Below are positions 12,592 to 24,884 of a stretch of 64,000 nucleotides of DNA, in pieces. The stretch lies in assembly GCF_963921235.1 (NCBI RefSeq), contig NC_086108.1, positions 112,346,001-112,410,000 on the forward strand, read 5' to 3'. The notes below the pieces were generated by a model. The model was given only the letters and a program-made list of their open reading frames with translations. It had not been told where the DNA came from and did no database searches. The translations under genes were made by a program, and so were the position numbers. Source of the stretch: Mobula hypostoma (lineage: Eukaryota). Every line of letters starts with the position of its first letter. Position 1 is the first letter of the stretch.

Positions 12592-13554
12592 GGTAGAGTC
12601 TGTGGTGAGGAAGGCAAATGCAATGTTGGCATTCATTTTAAGAGGTCTACAATACAAGAGCAGGGATGTGATGCTGAGGCTTTATAAGGCACTGGTAAGG
12701 CCTCACCTTGAGTATTATGAACAGTTTTGGGCTCCTCATCTAAGAAAAGATGTGCTGGTGTTGGAAAGGGTTCAGAGGAGGTTCACAGGGACGATTCTGG
12801 GAATAAAAGTATTATCATATATGGAATATTTGATGGTTCTGGGTCTGTACTTGCTGGAATTTAGAAGGATGAGGGGGAATCTCATTGAAACCCTTCGAAT
12901 GTTGAAAGGCCTAGACAGAGTAGATGTGAAAGGAATGTTTCCCATAGTGGGGGAGTCCAGAACAAGAGGGCACAGCCTCAAGATAGAGGTGCATCCATTT
13001 GAAACAGCTTTGCAGAAAAATTCTTTCACTAGAGGGTGGTGAATTTGTTGAATTTATTGCCACAGTCTGCTGTAGAGGCCGTCAGTTGGGTATATTTAAG
13101 GCAGAGCTTGATAGGTTTTTGATTGGACATGGCATCAAAGGTTACGGGTTAAAGGCCAGGGAGTGGGGCTGAGGAGGAGAAAAAAGGATCAGGCATGATT
13201 GACTGGTGGACCAGACTCGATGGACCAAATGGCCTAATTCTGCTCCTATGTCTTATGGTCTTATGGTATTCTGTCTGTTCAAAGCAGAATTGACAGTCAA
13301 GGCAGCTACATTCTCATAATTTCCATGTTCCTTCAAAAAGTTATTTTAATCAAGCAGCCTTTCTTATCAAATGGAATTTCAGAGTCATAAAAAGAATGTA
13401 ATAATTGCATTCCTGTATTAAATTGATTTACAATACAATAATCATGCTAGTTGGTAATTTAATCTCTTTGAATAGATACTCGATCTGACCAAACCACATG
13501 TGATCTTGGCAGTGACAATATATTTAGCTATCAAAAAGCATTCTTATACATTAA

Positions 13555-13755
13555 GTTAAGCCCATCACTCTTACTGGGGCTTAGACTGCCGACAGCAGCT
13601 CATTGGCCTGGACCAGTCTTTCAAGTTGTCCCCAGGTGCAGCCCATCTTCAAAGATCTTTCCTCCCTGGTATGATGTCTTTGGAGCTTCTGTTGGTTTAC
13701 AGGATGGGGTTGCAAGCCAGATGCCCAACCTTGTTCCTTTCACAGCTGGGCCTGC
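13555..13755 (-). mobile_element. Bipartite RTE-derived short element
   Basis: Shares atct[t/c]...aagatgggct...gggacaacttgaa.gactgg.ccag with 36445-36700. Confidence 0.55.
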
Positions 13756-13939
13756 ATCTGTCCATGGTGGAGTTACTCTCATACAGTAAAGTACAGAATA
13801 GAGAATCTTTGGTAGAGACATGGAGATGTATCTCCACCCCGCCAACCTAGATTATGTATTAAGCCCTCCATTCCCCAGTGTAACTATCAGTCAAGACTTT
13901 AACCAACATGACTTGATTGGTATATGCTAGCGTCTCCAT

Positions 13940-14590
13940 CAAATTTGCAAGTTGAGAGGGTGGTTAATTCAGCATATGGTGTGCCATCCTTCATTAGTCA
14001 GGGGATTGAGTTCAAGAGCAACAGGGTAGTGTATAAAACCCTGGTTAGACCATACGTGGAATATTATGTTCAGTTCTGTTCACCTCATTCGAGAAAGGAT
14101 GTGGAAGTTTTAGAGAGGGTGCAGAGGAGATTTACCAGGATGCTGCCTGGATTAGAGAATATGTCTCAAGAGGACAGGTTGAGTGAGCTAGAACTTTTCT
14201 CTTTGGAGCAAAGAAGGAGAGGTGACTTGATAGAGGCATACAAGATGATAAGAAGCATAGATAGAATAAACAGCCGGAGACTTTTTCCCAGTGCAGAAAT
14301 GGCTAGTGCAAGGGGGCATAAGTTTAAGGTGATTGGAGGAAAGTATAAGGGGTGTGTTAGAGATTGTTTTACATAGAGAATGCTAAGAGTGTAGAACACA
14401 CTGTCAGGGATGGTGGTAGAGACAGATATATTAGTGAGATTTAGGAGACTCTTGGATAGGCACACAGATGATAGAAAAATGGAAGGCTGTGTGGAAGGGA
14501 AAAGTGAGATTGACCTCGGTGTAATGTAAAAGGTTGGCACAACATTGTGGGCCAAAGAGGCTGCAATGTGCTGTAATGTTCTACGTTTTA
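13940..14590 (+). mobile_element. CR1 3' fragment
   Basis: YKTLVRPYVEYYVQFCSP...LERVQRRFTRMLPGL...RRRGDLIEAYK. Confidence 0.85.
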
Positions 14591-15139
14591 TGATGTTAAG
14601 TGTAATCTCTGTTTAATATGACTATAATTATAGGATAATTGAGTAATTGCCTAGTACGATAAGATGGACTCTTGACCTCACAATCTACCACATTATGATC
14701 TTTCACCTTTCTATATGCTTGCACTGCACTTGTTCTGTAACTCTAACACGTCATACTGCATTCTATTATCGTTGTCACTTGTACTACCTCCGTGCACTGA
14801 TGTGGTGAATTAATGTATTTGAACAGTATGCAAGGTCAGATTCTCTCTGTACCTTGGTACATGTGACATTAATAAACCAATTTACCAGCATGAATTATGA
14901 AACTAGAGTTTGAAGGTCTTTCATATCTTGATCCCAGCTCAGCTCACATTGGAACATTGTAGTTTTGATTGGGAGGCCAGTTACACAGTTTATAACCACC
15001 AGTGTGACGGAGGGCCTGGCTGCTTTCCTTTGACATTAGAGAATAAAAAATGTGTGTTAAAGACCTGTGCTGCTTAACTGGCCTAATTGTTCAAAGTTCA
15101 AAGTACATTTATTATCAAAGTATGTATGACATATACAAC

Positions 15140-15815
15140 ACAAACATGAGGAATTCTGCAGATGCTGGAAATTCAAGCAACACACATCAAAGTTGCTGGT
15201 GAACGCAGCAGGCCAGGCAGCATCTCTAGGAAGAGGTACAGTCGACGTTTCGGGCCGACACCCTTCGTCAGGACTAACTGAAGGAAGAGTTAGTAAGAGA
15301 TTTGAAAGTGGGAGGGGGAGATCCAAAATGATAGGAGAAGACAGGAGAGGGAGGGATGGAGCCAAGAGCTGGACAGGTGATTGGCAAAAGGGATATGAGA
15401 GGATCATGGGACAGGAGGCCCAGGGAGAAGGAAAAGGGGGGGGGGGGAAGAAAACCCAGAGGATGGGCAAGGGGTATAGTCAGAGGGACAGAGGGAGAAA
15501 AAGGAGAGAGAGAGAAAGAATGTGTGTATATAGATAAATAACAGATGGGGTACGAGGGGGAAGTGGGGCATTAGCGGAAGTTAGAGAAGTCAATGTTCAT
15601 GCCATCAGGTTGGAGGCTACCCAGACGGAATACAAGGTGTTGTTCCTCCAACCTGAGTGTGGCTTCATCTTTACAGTAGAGGAGGCCGTGGATAGACATA
15701 TCAGAATGGGAATGGGATGTGGAATTAAAATGTGTGGCCACTGAGAGATCCTGCTTTCTCTGGCGGACAGAGCGTAGGTGTTCAACAAAACGATCTCCCA
15801 GTCTGCATCGGGTCT
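15140..15815 (-). mobile_element. Penelope-like element 3' portion (GIY-YIG endonuclease C-terminus + 3' UTR/pseudo-LTR)
   Basis: ETRCRLGDRFVEHLRSV...VATHFNS...RLEEQHLVFRLGSLQPDGMN; TSD catatacaac (15130-15139, 15816-15825). Confidence 0.85.
15240..15275 (-). ncRNA. Minimal type I hammerhead ribozyme motif
   Basis: Minus strand AGUC-CUGACGA-A-GGGU(GUCG)GCCC-GAAA-CG-UC-GACU: intact core, stem I AGUC/GACU, stem II, GUC cleavage triplet. Confidence 0.7.
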
Positions 15816-15825
15816 CATATACAAC

Positions 15826-16506
15826 CTTGAAATTCATTTGCTTACATACAGCCTCAGAACAATGAAACCCAACAGAGACCAGTAATAAAGAAGACTGTCA
15901 AACAGTAGAAAAAACAACAAACCGTGCAAACATTAAAAGTAGGCAAGTAACATTCAGAACTGAAGCTCATGAAAGTGAGTCCACAGCCACGAAGCCAGTC
16001 ACAGCCGATCCAAGCCGCAGTCTCAGTTCAGTGCAGTGAAGAGTAAACCTCATGAGGCAGCAAGCTAAATACTGGCTGGTCCCTTAGCTCTGGTCCTGAA
16101 AACTTGACCTTTTCAATTTGGCCCGGCACTTAAACCAATGAAACCTTGGGTCATTCCTTGCACTCAGGCCCGAGCCCTGCCACTCTGATATGCTATTGGG
16201 CCTGGGCCCCACCGCCTCGAGCAAAGTGCTAACATTGGCTAATTCCCTGCTCCCAGGTCCGGGCCCACACCCCGCCGCCTTGATCTGGCCTGTACATGCC
16301 ACGCTGCAATGTTCCTGCACATACAAGACTTCAGCTGACATCACAAAAATGCCAGGTTGTACAGGCGGTTCAAAAGCTCGACTCTGAAAGGGAAGTTACA
16401 GGCTATTGATTGCAGTGATAGTTTTTGAGAAAAAGTAAGAGTAAGGTAGTTCATGGTTGTGTTTGCTGCCAGCAAGGCACCGCTGTGCTTCACCAAGACC
16501 ATCTTA
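15826..16506 (-). mobile_element. Composite retroposon related to 7097-7942 (tail continues at 15090-15139)
   Basis: Minus-strand head aagatggtc; units gtacaggccagatcaaggcggcgggg and tttaagtgccgggccaaattgaaaaggtca match the 7.3-7.7 kb repeats. Confidence 0.55.
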
Positions 16507-16564
16507 AACCAGAACATGTATACATTATTCCCCGATACAGTATCTCTAATCTCTCGTTTCGGTA

Positions 16565-17292
16565 GTCTGAGTACCCAGCTACTTCAAGCAGCCTTCAATT
16601 ATACCAGTGCCCAAGAAGAATGTGGTAACGTACCTCAATGTCTATCATCCAGGAGCACTTATACTGTGATGAAGTGCTTTGAGAAGTTGGTGATGCAAAA
16701 TACCAACTCCTGCCTGAAGAGCAACTTGGATCCACTCCAATTTGCCCACCATTGACAGGTCCACAACAGATACCCTCTCATTGGCTCTTCTTTTAACCCT
16801 GGAACATCTAGGCAGCAAAGATGCATACATCAGTATGCTCTTTATTGACTACAGCTCAGCATTTAATACCATCCTCCCCTCAAAACTAATCGACAAGCTT
16901 CAAGTCCTTGGCCTTTGTACCTACTTCTGTAATTGGATCCTCAATTTTCTCTCTTGCAAACCCCAGTCAGTTTGGATTGGCGACAACATCTCCTCCGTAA
17001 TCTCCATCAGCACAGATGCACCGCAAGGCTATGTGCTTAGCCCCTTGCTTATTTGCTTTATACTTATGACTATAAGGCTATGTACAGCTCCAACACCATA
17101 TCTAAGTTTGCTCATGACACCATTGTCGTTGGTTGAATCAAAGGCGGTGACGAGTCAGCATATAAGAGGAAGATTAAAACTCTGGCTGAGTGGAGCCACA
17201 ACATTTCACTCAATGTTAGAGAGACCAAAGAGCTAATTATTGACTCCAGGAGGAGGAAACCAGAAGATCATGAGCCAGTCCCCTTTGGTGGA
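16565..17292 (+). mobile_element. Rex1/Babar-like LINE RT fragment
   Basis: VMKCFEKLV...LDPLQFA; MLFIDYSSAFNTI; APQGYVLSPLL. Confidence 0.85.
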
Positions 17293-17294
17293 TC

Positions 17295-19350
17295 ATAAGA
17301 CCATACAATCATAAGACACAGGAGCAGAATCAGGCCATTTGGCCCATCAGGTCTGCTCCACCATTCAATCACGGTTGATCTTTTTTTCCCGCCTCAGCCC
17401 CACTCCTCAGCCTTTTCCCCGTAGCCTTTGATGCTGTGGCCAATCAAGAATCTATCAAGCTCTGCTTTAAATACACCCAATGACCTGGCCTCCACAGCTG
17501 CTGGTGGTAATAAATTCCACAATTCACCACCCTCTGATGAAATAAATCCCCCGCATCTCTGTTTTAAATGGATGCCCTCTATCATGAAGCTGTGCCATCT
17601 TGTCCTATACTCTTCCACCATGGGAAACATCCTTTCCACATCTACTCTGTCTAGGCCTTTCAACATTCGAAAGGTCTCAATGAAAAACCCCATCATCCTT
17701 CTAAATTCCGGCGAATACAGACCCAGAGCCATCAAATGTTTCTCATATGGGAACCCTTTCATTCCCAGAGTCATCCTCGTGAACCTTCTCTGAACCCTCT
17801 CAATACCAGCAAATCTCTTCTTCAATAAGGAGCCCAAAACTGTTCATGAGTGGCCTCACCAGTACCTTATAAAGCTTCAACATCACATTCCCGCTCTTGT
17901 ATTCTAGAGTCCTTGAAATTAACGCCAACATTGCATTTGCCTTCCTCACCGCTGACTCAACCTGCAAGTTAACCTCCTGTGTTCTGCACAAGAACTCCCA
18001 AGCCACTTTGCATTTCAGATTTTTTGATTTTCTCCCCATTTAGAGAGTAGTCTTCACATTTATTTCTATTACCAAAGTGCATGACCATGCATTTTCCAAC
18101 ATTGTATTTCATTTGCCACTCTCTTGCCCATTCTCCTAATCTGTTCAAGTCCTTCTGCAGCCTACCTGTTTCCTCAATACTACCGGCCCCTCCACCAATC
18201 TTCATATCATCTGCAAACTTGGCAACAAAGCCATCTATTCCATCATCTAATTCATTGATATACAGCATAAAAAGAAGTGGTCATAACACTGACACCTGCA
18301 GAACATCATCCACTGCATCCCCTTTATCTATCCTATTTGTAATCCTTCAAAGAATTCCGTTAGGTTCATCAGGCAAGATTTTCCCTTAAGGAAACCATGC
18401 CGACTTTGTCCCATCCTGTCCTGTGTCACCAAGTACTCCATAATATCATCCTTAATAGTTGACTCTAACATCTTTCCAACCACCGAGGTCAGGCTAATTG
18501 GTCTATAATTTCCTTTCTGCTGCCTTCCTCCTTTCTTAAAGAGTAGAGTGACATTTGCAATTTTCCAGTCATCTGGCACCATGCCAGAGTCCAATGATTT
18601 TTTTGAAAGATCATTACTAATGCCTCCACAATCTCTAATGCCACCTCTTTCAGAACCCAAGGGTGCAGTTCAACTGGCCCGGGTGACTTATCTACCCTTA
18701 GGTCTTTCAGATTTTTGAGCACCTGGCCCTTGTAATAGTAACTGCACTCACTTCTCTTCCCTTTCAACATCTGGGTCCTCCACAATGAAGACTGATGCAA
18801 AATACTCATCTGCCATCGCCTTGTTCCACACGATTATTTCTCCAACTTCATTTTCTAGCAGTCCTATATCCTCTCATTTCTCTTTCATTTTTTACGTTTT
18901 TGAGAAAGTGCTTACTATCCACTTTGATATTGTTTGTTAGCTTACTTTCATATTTCATCTTTTTCCTCCAAGAATTCTTCTAGTTGCTCTCTTTAGTTTT
19001 TTAAAAGCTTCCCAATCCTCTGTCTTACCAATAAATTTTGCTTTGTTATATGCCCTCTCTTTTAGTTTTACATTAGCTTCGACTTCCCTTGCCAGCCACA
19101 GTTGTATTATTTTGAGATTTGAGTATTTCCTCGTGTTTGGAATACATGTATCCTGCACCTTCTTCATTTTTCCCAGATACTCACACCATTGCTGCTCTGC
19201 TGTCATCCTTGCCAACAGCTCTTTCCAATTTACTTTGGCCAACTGCTCTCTCATACCACTGTACAGTAATTCCACTGAAATACTGCTATATCAGATTTCA
19301 CTTTCTCCCTGTCAAATTTCAAGTTGAACTCAATCATATTGTGATCACTG
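17295..19350 (-). mobile_element. CR1 (subfamily A) ORF2 pseudogene with internal deletion near 18310
   Basis: [35 protein letters not shown]; (ataagacc) tail. Confidence 0.9.
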
Positions 19351-19351
19351 A

Positions 19352-20447
19352 ATTGAATTAAATTGAATTGAATTGAATTGACTTTATTTCTTACATCCTT
19401 CAAGTACCTGAGGAGTAAAAATCTTTACATTATATCTACATCTAAATGTTCAATATGTAATCATAGTAATTTATAATAATTTGCAATAAATAGAACAGTC
19501 AATGTAGCATAGAATACACTCAAATCAGTGTTGAGTTCATCAGTCTGATGGCCTAGTCCTGGAGCCTGTTGGTCCTGGCTTTTATGCTGCGGCACCACTT
19601 CCCGGATGGTAGCAGCTGGAATATATTGTGGTTGGAATGGCTTGGGTCCCCAATGGTCCTATGGGCCCTCTTTACACACCTGTCCTTGTAAATGTCCTGA
19701 ATCATGGGAAGTTCCCAACTACAGATGCGCTGGACTGTCCGCACCACTCTCTGCAGAGTCCTGCGATTAAGGGAGGTACAGTTCCCATACCAGGCAGTGA
19801 TGCAGCCAGTCAGGATGCTCTCAATTGTGCCCCTGTAGAAAGTTCTTAGGATTTGGGGGCCCATACCAAACTTCCTCAACCGTCTGAGATGAAAGAGGCA
19901 CTGTTGTGCCTTTTTCACCTCACAGCTGGTGTGTACAGACCACATGAGGTCCTCGGTGACGTGAATGCCGAGGAACTTGATGCTGTTTATCCTCTCAGCC
20001 CCAGATACATTAATGTCAATAGGGGTTAGCCCATCTCCATTCCTCCTGTAATCCACAACCAGCTCCTTTGCTTTTGCGACATTGAGGGAGAGGTTGTTAT
20101 CTTGACACCACTGTGTCAGAGAGAAGACTTCTTCCCTGTAGGCCACCTCGTTATTGTTTGAGATAAGACAAATCAATGTAGTGTTGTTAGCAAATTTAAT
20201 TAGCAGATTGGAGTGGCGATACAGGGAGTAAAGGAGGGGACTCAGTACGCAGCCCTGAGGGACTCCTGTATTGAGAGTCAGAGGGTTGGGGGTGAGGGAG
20301 CCCACTCTTACAACCAGCCGGCGATCTGACAGGAAGTCCAGGATCCAGCTGCACAAGGTAGGGTCAAGGACGAGGTCTCTGAGCTTCTTGTCCAGCCTGG
20401 ATGGAACTATGGTGTTGAATGCTGAACTGTAGTCCAAGAACAGCATC
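19352..20447 (-). mobile_element. Rex1/Babar-like LINE RT/C-terminal fragment
   Basis: ORF 19553-20473: LDYSSAFNTIVP, GVPQGCVLSPLLYSLY, KKAQQCLFHLRRLRKF; (gaatt)n tail. Confidence 0.9.
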
Positions 20448-20761
20448 CATGGTCCTGAAAAATGTTGTCTCATTTTTACTGTGTACTGTACCAGCAGTTA
20501 TGGTCGAAATGACAATAAAAAGTGACGACCTCACTTGATATGTTCTTTGGTCATAAATTTACTTTGAACTTTCAACTTTGAAAAACGAACACTCAGAGGA
20601 TCAGGCAATATCTGTGGGAAGTGAAGCAAAGTTTGGATAATATTAGGCTAGATATATTTATCATATGTACCTCAAAACAAACAAAACAAAACAGTCTGAA
20701 GGTGTGCTGGGGCAGCCTTAAACGTCACCACTCAAGTGTCGTCAGAAATTCTATTGTATTT

Positions 20762-21352
20762 AGACCATAAGACTTAGGAGCAGAATTAGGCCATCTGGCC
20801 CATCGAGTCTGCTCTGCCATTCAATCATGTTTGATCCTTTTTTTCTATCTCCTCCTCAACCCCAGTTCCCGGCCTTCTCCCCATAACCTTTGATGCCATG
20901 CAATCAAGAACCTATCAATCTCTGTTTAAATACACCCAACAACCTAGCCTCTACAGCTGCATGTGGCAACAAATTCCACAAATTCACCACCCTTTGGCTA
21001 AAGAAATTTTTCCGCATCTCTGTTTTGAAAGGGCACCCCTCTACCCTGAGGCTATGCCCTCTTGTTCTAGACTCTCCCACCATGGGAAACATCCGTTCCA
21101 CATCTACTCTGTCCAGGTCTTTCAACATTCGAAAGATTTCAATGAGATCCCCCCTTCATGCTTCTGAATTCCAGTGAGTACAGACCCAGAGCCATCAAAT
21201 GTTCCTCATATGATAACCCTTTCATTCCTGGAATCATCCTCGTGAACCTCTTCTCGACCCTCTCCAATGCCAGCACATCTTTTCTAAGATGAGGGGACCA
21301 AAACTGTTCACAATACTCAAGGTGAGGCCTCACCAGTGCCTTATAAAGCCTC
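20762..21352 (-). mobile_element. CR1 (subfamily A) 3' fragment
   Basis: RLYKALVRPHLEYCEQFWSP...FFSQRVVNLWN. Confidence 0.9.
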
Positions 21353-22282
21353 ATTTCTTTATTTTCCTGTAGATGCCTGCAAGAAAATGAATCTCAAAGT
21401 AATTTATGCTAACATTTACGTACTTTGATAATAAATTTTACTTTGCCTTTGGTTGCTTATGGCAAGCAGTAAGTAATCATTCTGTCACTAACCCCTACAT
21501 TAATCTCATTTCATTCTCCCCATATTCCCATCAATCTACTCTGCCATACCCCTGGATTCTTACTCCAACTTACACACTGACCTGGCTTCTCTACGGGATG
21601 TGGGAGGAAATTGGAGAACACATCTGGTCACGGGGAAAACATGAAAACTCCACACAGACAACAACCAAAGTTAGGGTTAAATCTGGGTGATGGGATCTGC
21701 GAGGTTGCAGCAGATGTACTGTGGCACTGTAAACGTAAATTTGCCGGATCAAATAACCACAGCACAAAAAGATGGTTACTTATCTTTTCACCAGTTTATT
21801 TCTTCTAACTCAGCCGGCGAGTAAACTTGGTCCTGACATCAGGGGAGAAGCGTTCTCATCCCTCCAGCGGTTCTACAAGTTCACTGCCTGACGTCAGAAT
21901 TGTTACAAGTTATAAGGCCACCGATACAAAAGAACAATCAAGTTGATGCAAAAGAACAATCAGTTCGATAGACATCCCAGCTACTCAAATAGAACAAAAC
22001 TTAATAATTTAGGTAAAAGACGCCACTGAAATTTAAATTTTAATTGATAAAGGAATGTCCTGTCTTAAGCTCCATCAGCAACCGCCTTTTGTTGAAACCA
22101 AAAGGTATGCAAAGTCAGGAGACAGCTTTTGTGGAAAACTTAACAACTTTGTATGAAAAGTCAGGAGATGTCTTTTGTGGAGAACTTAACAACTTTATCG
22201 GCACGAGTGATGAACTTCCAGCAACTGCCATATTTTGCCTTGCTTAATACTGGCTAATATTAAACCCAGTCTTGTGTCGCTC

Positions 22283-22345
22283 ATATGAAGTGTCTTGGAG
22301 CCTCTTCTTATGTTAAAGATGCAATATAAATGGGAGTTGTCGTTT
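22283..22345 (+). mobile_element. Ancient L2-type 3' tail (possible old SINE remnant)
   Basis: tgaagtgtcttgg...tgttaaagatgcaatataaatgggagttg resembles the L2/SINE tail tgtgaagcgccttggg...aaaggcgctatataaatgcaag. Confidence 0.4.
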
Positions 22346-22769
22346 CTGTTGTGAAAGGAAACTGGTGAATGCAAACAGGCCACCTAAAGAGGTAAAGCTT
22401 TTAATCTTATAGAATATAGAAATTAGAACATACTGTAGATCACTATATCACAGACCAAGCCCTTAGGTCCACTGTGTTGTGCCAATATTTTAACCTTCTC
22501 TAAGATCAATTTAACCCTTCCCTCCCACGTAGGCCTCCATTTTGCCGGGCAAGCAGAAATATCAGGGTTGCTCAACCTGTTGGACAGTAAATCTCTGAAA
22601 GGTTTTTTTTTAAAAAGGCCATCTTAGATACGCATCTGGGTGCGTATCTAAGAGCTTCTTAAATTTCCCTACTGTATCTGCCTCTACCAATACCCCTGGC
22701 AGTGCATTCCACACACCCACTACTCTCTATGTACAACACCCTCCTTTGACATTCCCTTTATTTGTGTAA

Positions 22770-24790
22770 ATACAGATAATAAATAAATAGCAATAAATAA
22801 TGAGCATGAAATAACAAGGTAAAAGAGTCCTTAAATGAGTGTAGCTATCCCCTTTTGTTCAAGACCCTGATGGTTGAGGGGTAGTAACTGTTCTTGAACT
22901 TGGTAGTGTGAGTCCTGAGGCACCTGTACCTTCTACCTGATGGCAGCCTGGGTGGTGAGGATCTTTGATGATGGATGCTGCTTTTCTATGGCAATATTTC
23001 ATGTAGATGTGCTCAATAGTTGGAATGGTTTTACCCATGATGTGCTGAGCCAAATTCACTACTTTTGTAGAAGTTTCCACTCAAAGGCATTGGTGTTATC
23101 ATACCAGGCTGTAATACAGCCAGCAGCACACTTTCCACCACACATCTGTACATATTTGGCAAGGTTTTTGATGACGTGCCAAATCTCCGAAGACTCCTAA
23201 GGAAGTAGAGGTGCTGTTGTGCTTTCTTCATAATTATATTTATATAATGGGTCCAGGACAGGTCCTCTGAGATAGTGACACCCAGGAATTTAAAGTTACT
23301 GATCCCCTCCACCTCTGATCCTCCAATGATTACTGGCTCATGGACTTCTGGTTTCCCTCTCCTAAAGTCTACAATAAGTTCCTTGGTCTTATTGGCATTG
23401 AGTGAGAGGTTATTGTTATTACACCACTCAGCCAAGTTTTCAATCTCCCTCCTGTGTGCTGATTCATCCCCACCTTTGATACAGCCCACAACAGTGGTGT
23501 CATCACCAAATTTGTATATTGTGTTGGAGCTGTGTTTAGCCACACAGTCATCGGTATAAAGGGAGTAGAGCAAGGGGCTAAGTACACATCCCTGCAGTGC
23601 TTCTGTGCTGATGGAGATTGTGGAGGAGATGTTTTTGCCAATCTGATCTACCAGTGAGGAAATCCGGGATCCAGTTGCACAAAGGAGTATTGAGGCCCCG
23701 GCCTTGGAAGTTACTGATTTGTTTTGAGGGGATGATGGTGTTAAATGCCAAGCTGTGATCAATAAAGAGCATTCTGATGTATGCATCTTTGCTGTCCAGA
23801 TGATCCAGGGTTAAATAAAGAGCCAATGAGATAGCATCTGCTGTAGACCTGTTGCTTTGGTAGGCGAATTGGAGTGGATCCAATTTGGCGCTCTGACAGG
23901 AGCTGATATGCTTCAACATTAGGCTCTCAAGACACTTCAACACTGTGGATGTAAGTTTCATTGGGCGCTAATCATTTAGACTGGTTCCCATGCTCTTCAT
24001 GGACACTGGTACGATTGAAACCTGCTTAAAGCAGGTGGGTACCACACACCACCAAAGCAAGAGGTTGAAGATATCCACGAATTCTGTTAGTCGGCACAAG
24101 TCTTCAGTACTCAGCCAGGTCCTCTGTCCGGACCCGATGCTTTCCTTGGATTCATTCTCTTGAAAGCATCCCAAAGGGTCATCCGGAGACATGAGGCTGT
24201 GTGATGGTTCCTCCCTGTTCTAGTGATCAAAGCGAACGTAGAAGGCATGGAGCGCATCTGGAGGCAAATTTCTGCTGTCCCCTATATCGCAAGATTGAAC
24301 TTTGTAAAGGGTTATCGCATTCAAACCCTGCCACCGCTGTCCAGCATCCCTCATTGATTCCAGTCTCATCCAGAATCTCACAAGAGATGGATTTCCAGAG
24401 GTTATACCTGCATCTCTTGAAGCATTCTTGATTTCCAAACCTCTGATCTGACCCTCAGCAGTTTCCAAATTTCATTGCTCATCTAGGGCTTCTGATGGGG
24501 AAAACACGGAACAATTTTGTGGGGACACACTCAGCTACAGCTGTTTTAATAAAGTCTGTAACAGCCCTGGTGTAGTCATTCAGGTCCTCAGATGAGTTCT
24601 TGAACATGGCCTAGTCCACTAACTCAAGGCAATCCTGTAACCGTTCCTCAGCCTCCCGCAACCACCCCTGGGTTGTCTTGATCTCCGGAGCCTTGATCTT
24701 TAGGCTCTGTCTGTACCATATGCAGTTAGTAGGAGTACAGCCAAATGATCCGACTTGCTAAAATGCAGTCTCAGAAAAATGCAGTAATAA
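22770..24790 (-). mobile_element. Rex1/Babar-like LINE, ~2-kb decayed ORF
   Basis: LDPLQFAYQSNRSTADAIS; QGCVLSPLLYSLYTDDC; KFGDDTTVVG. Confidence 0.9.
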
Positions 24791-24884
24791 TCACTTTAAC
24801 ATTATACCCTCCCATATCAGACATTTCTGCCCTCAGAAAAATATTCTGTTTATTCTATCTATGCGTCTTATTATCTGCAATAGA

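Larger units (their letters stand above)
9565..13267 (+). repeat. Duplicated flank+CR1 unit (copy of 31649-33038), interrupted by CR1 10254-12591
   Basis: Co-linear similarity from tggtttgttctggtgcccatgact to the CR1 tail, with the same CR1 junction and the same private deletion. Confidence 0.85.

Noticed and set aside
19553..20473. Host gene or bacterial RT (retron/group II intron); ALKBH8-like N-terminus
   Set aside because: Motifs are those of Rex1/Babar non-LTR RT and its C-terminal region; catalytic DD is mutated (FANN)
21814..22012. Possible coding exon (ttcttctaactcag acceptor, ag|gtaaaa donor)
   Set aside because: Stop codons in all three frames; at most a non-coding exon
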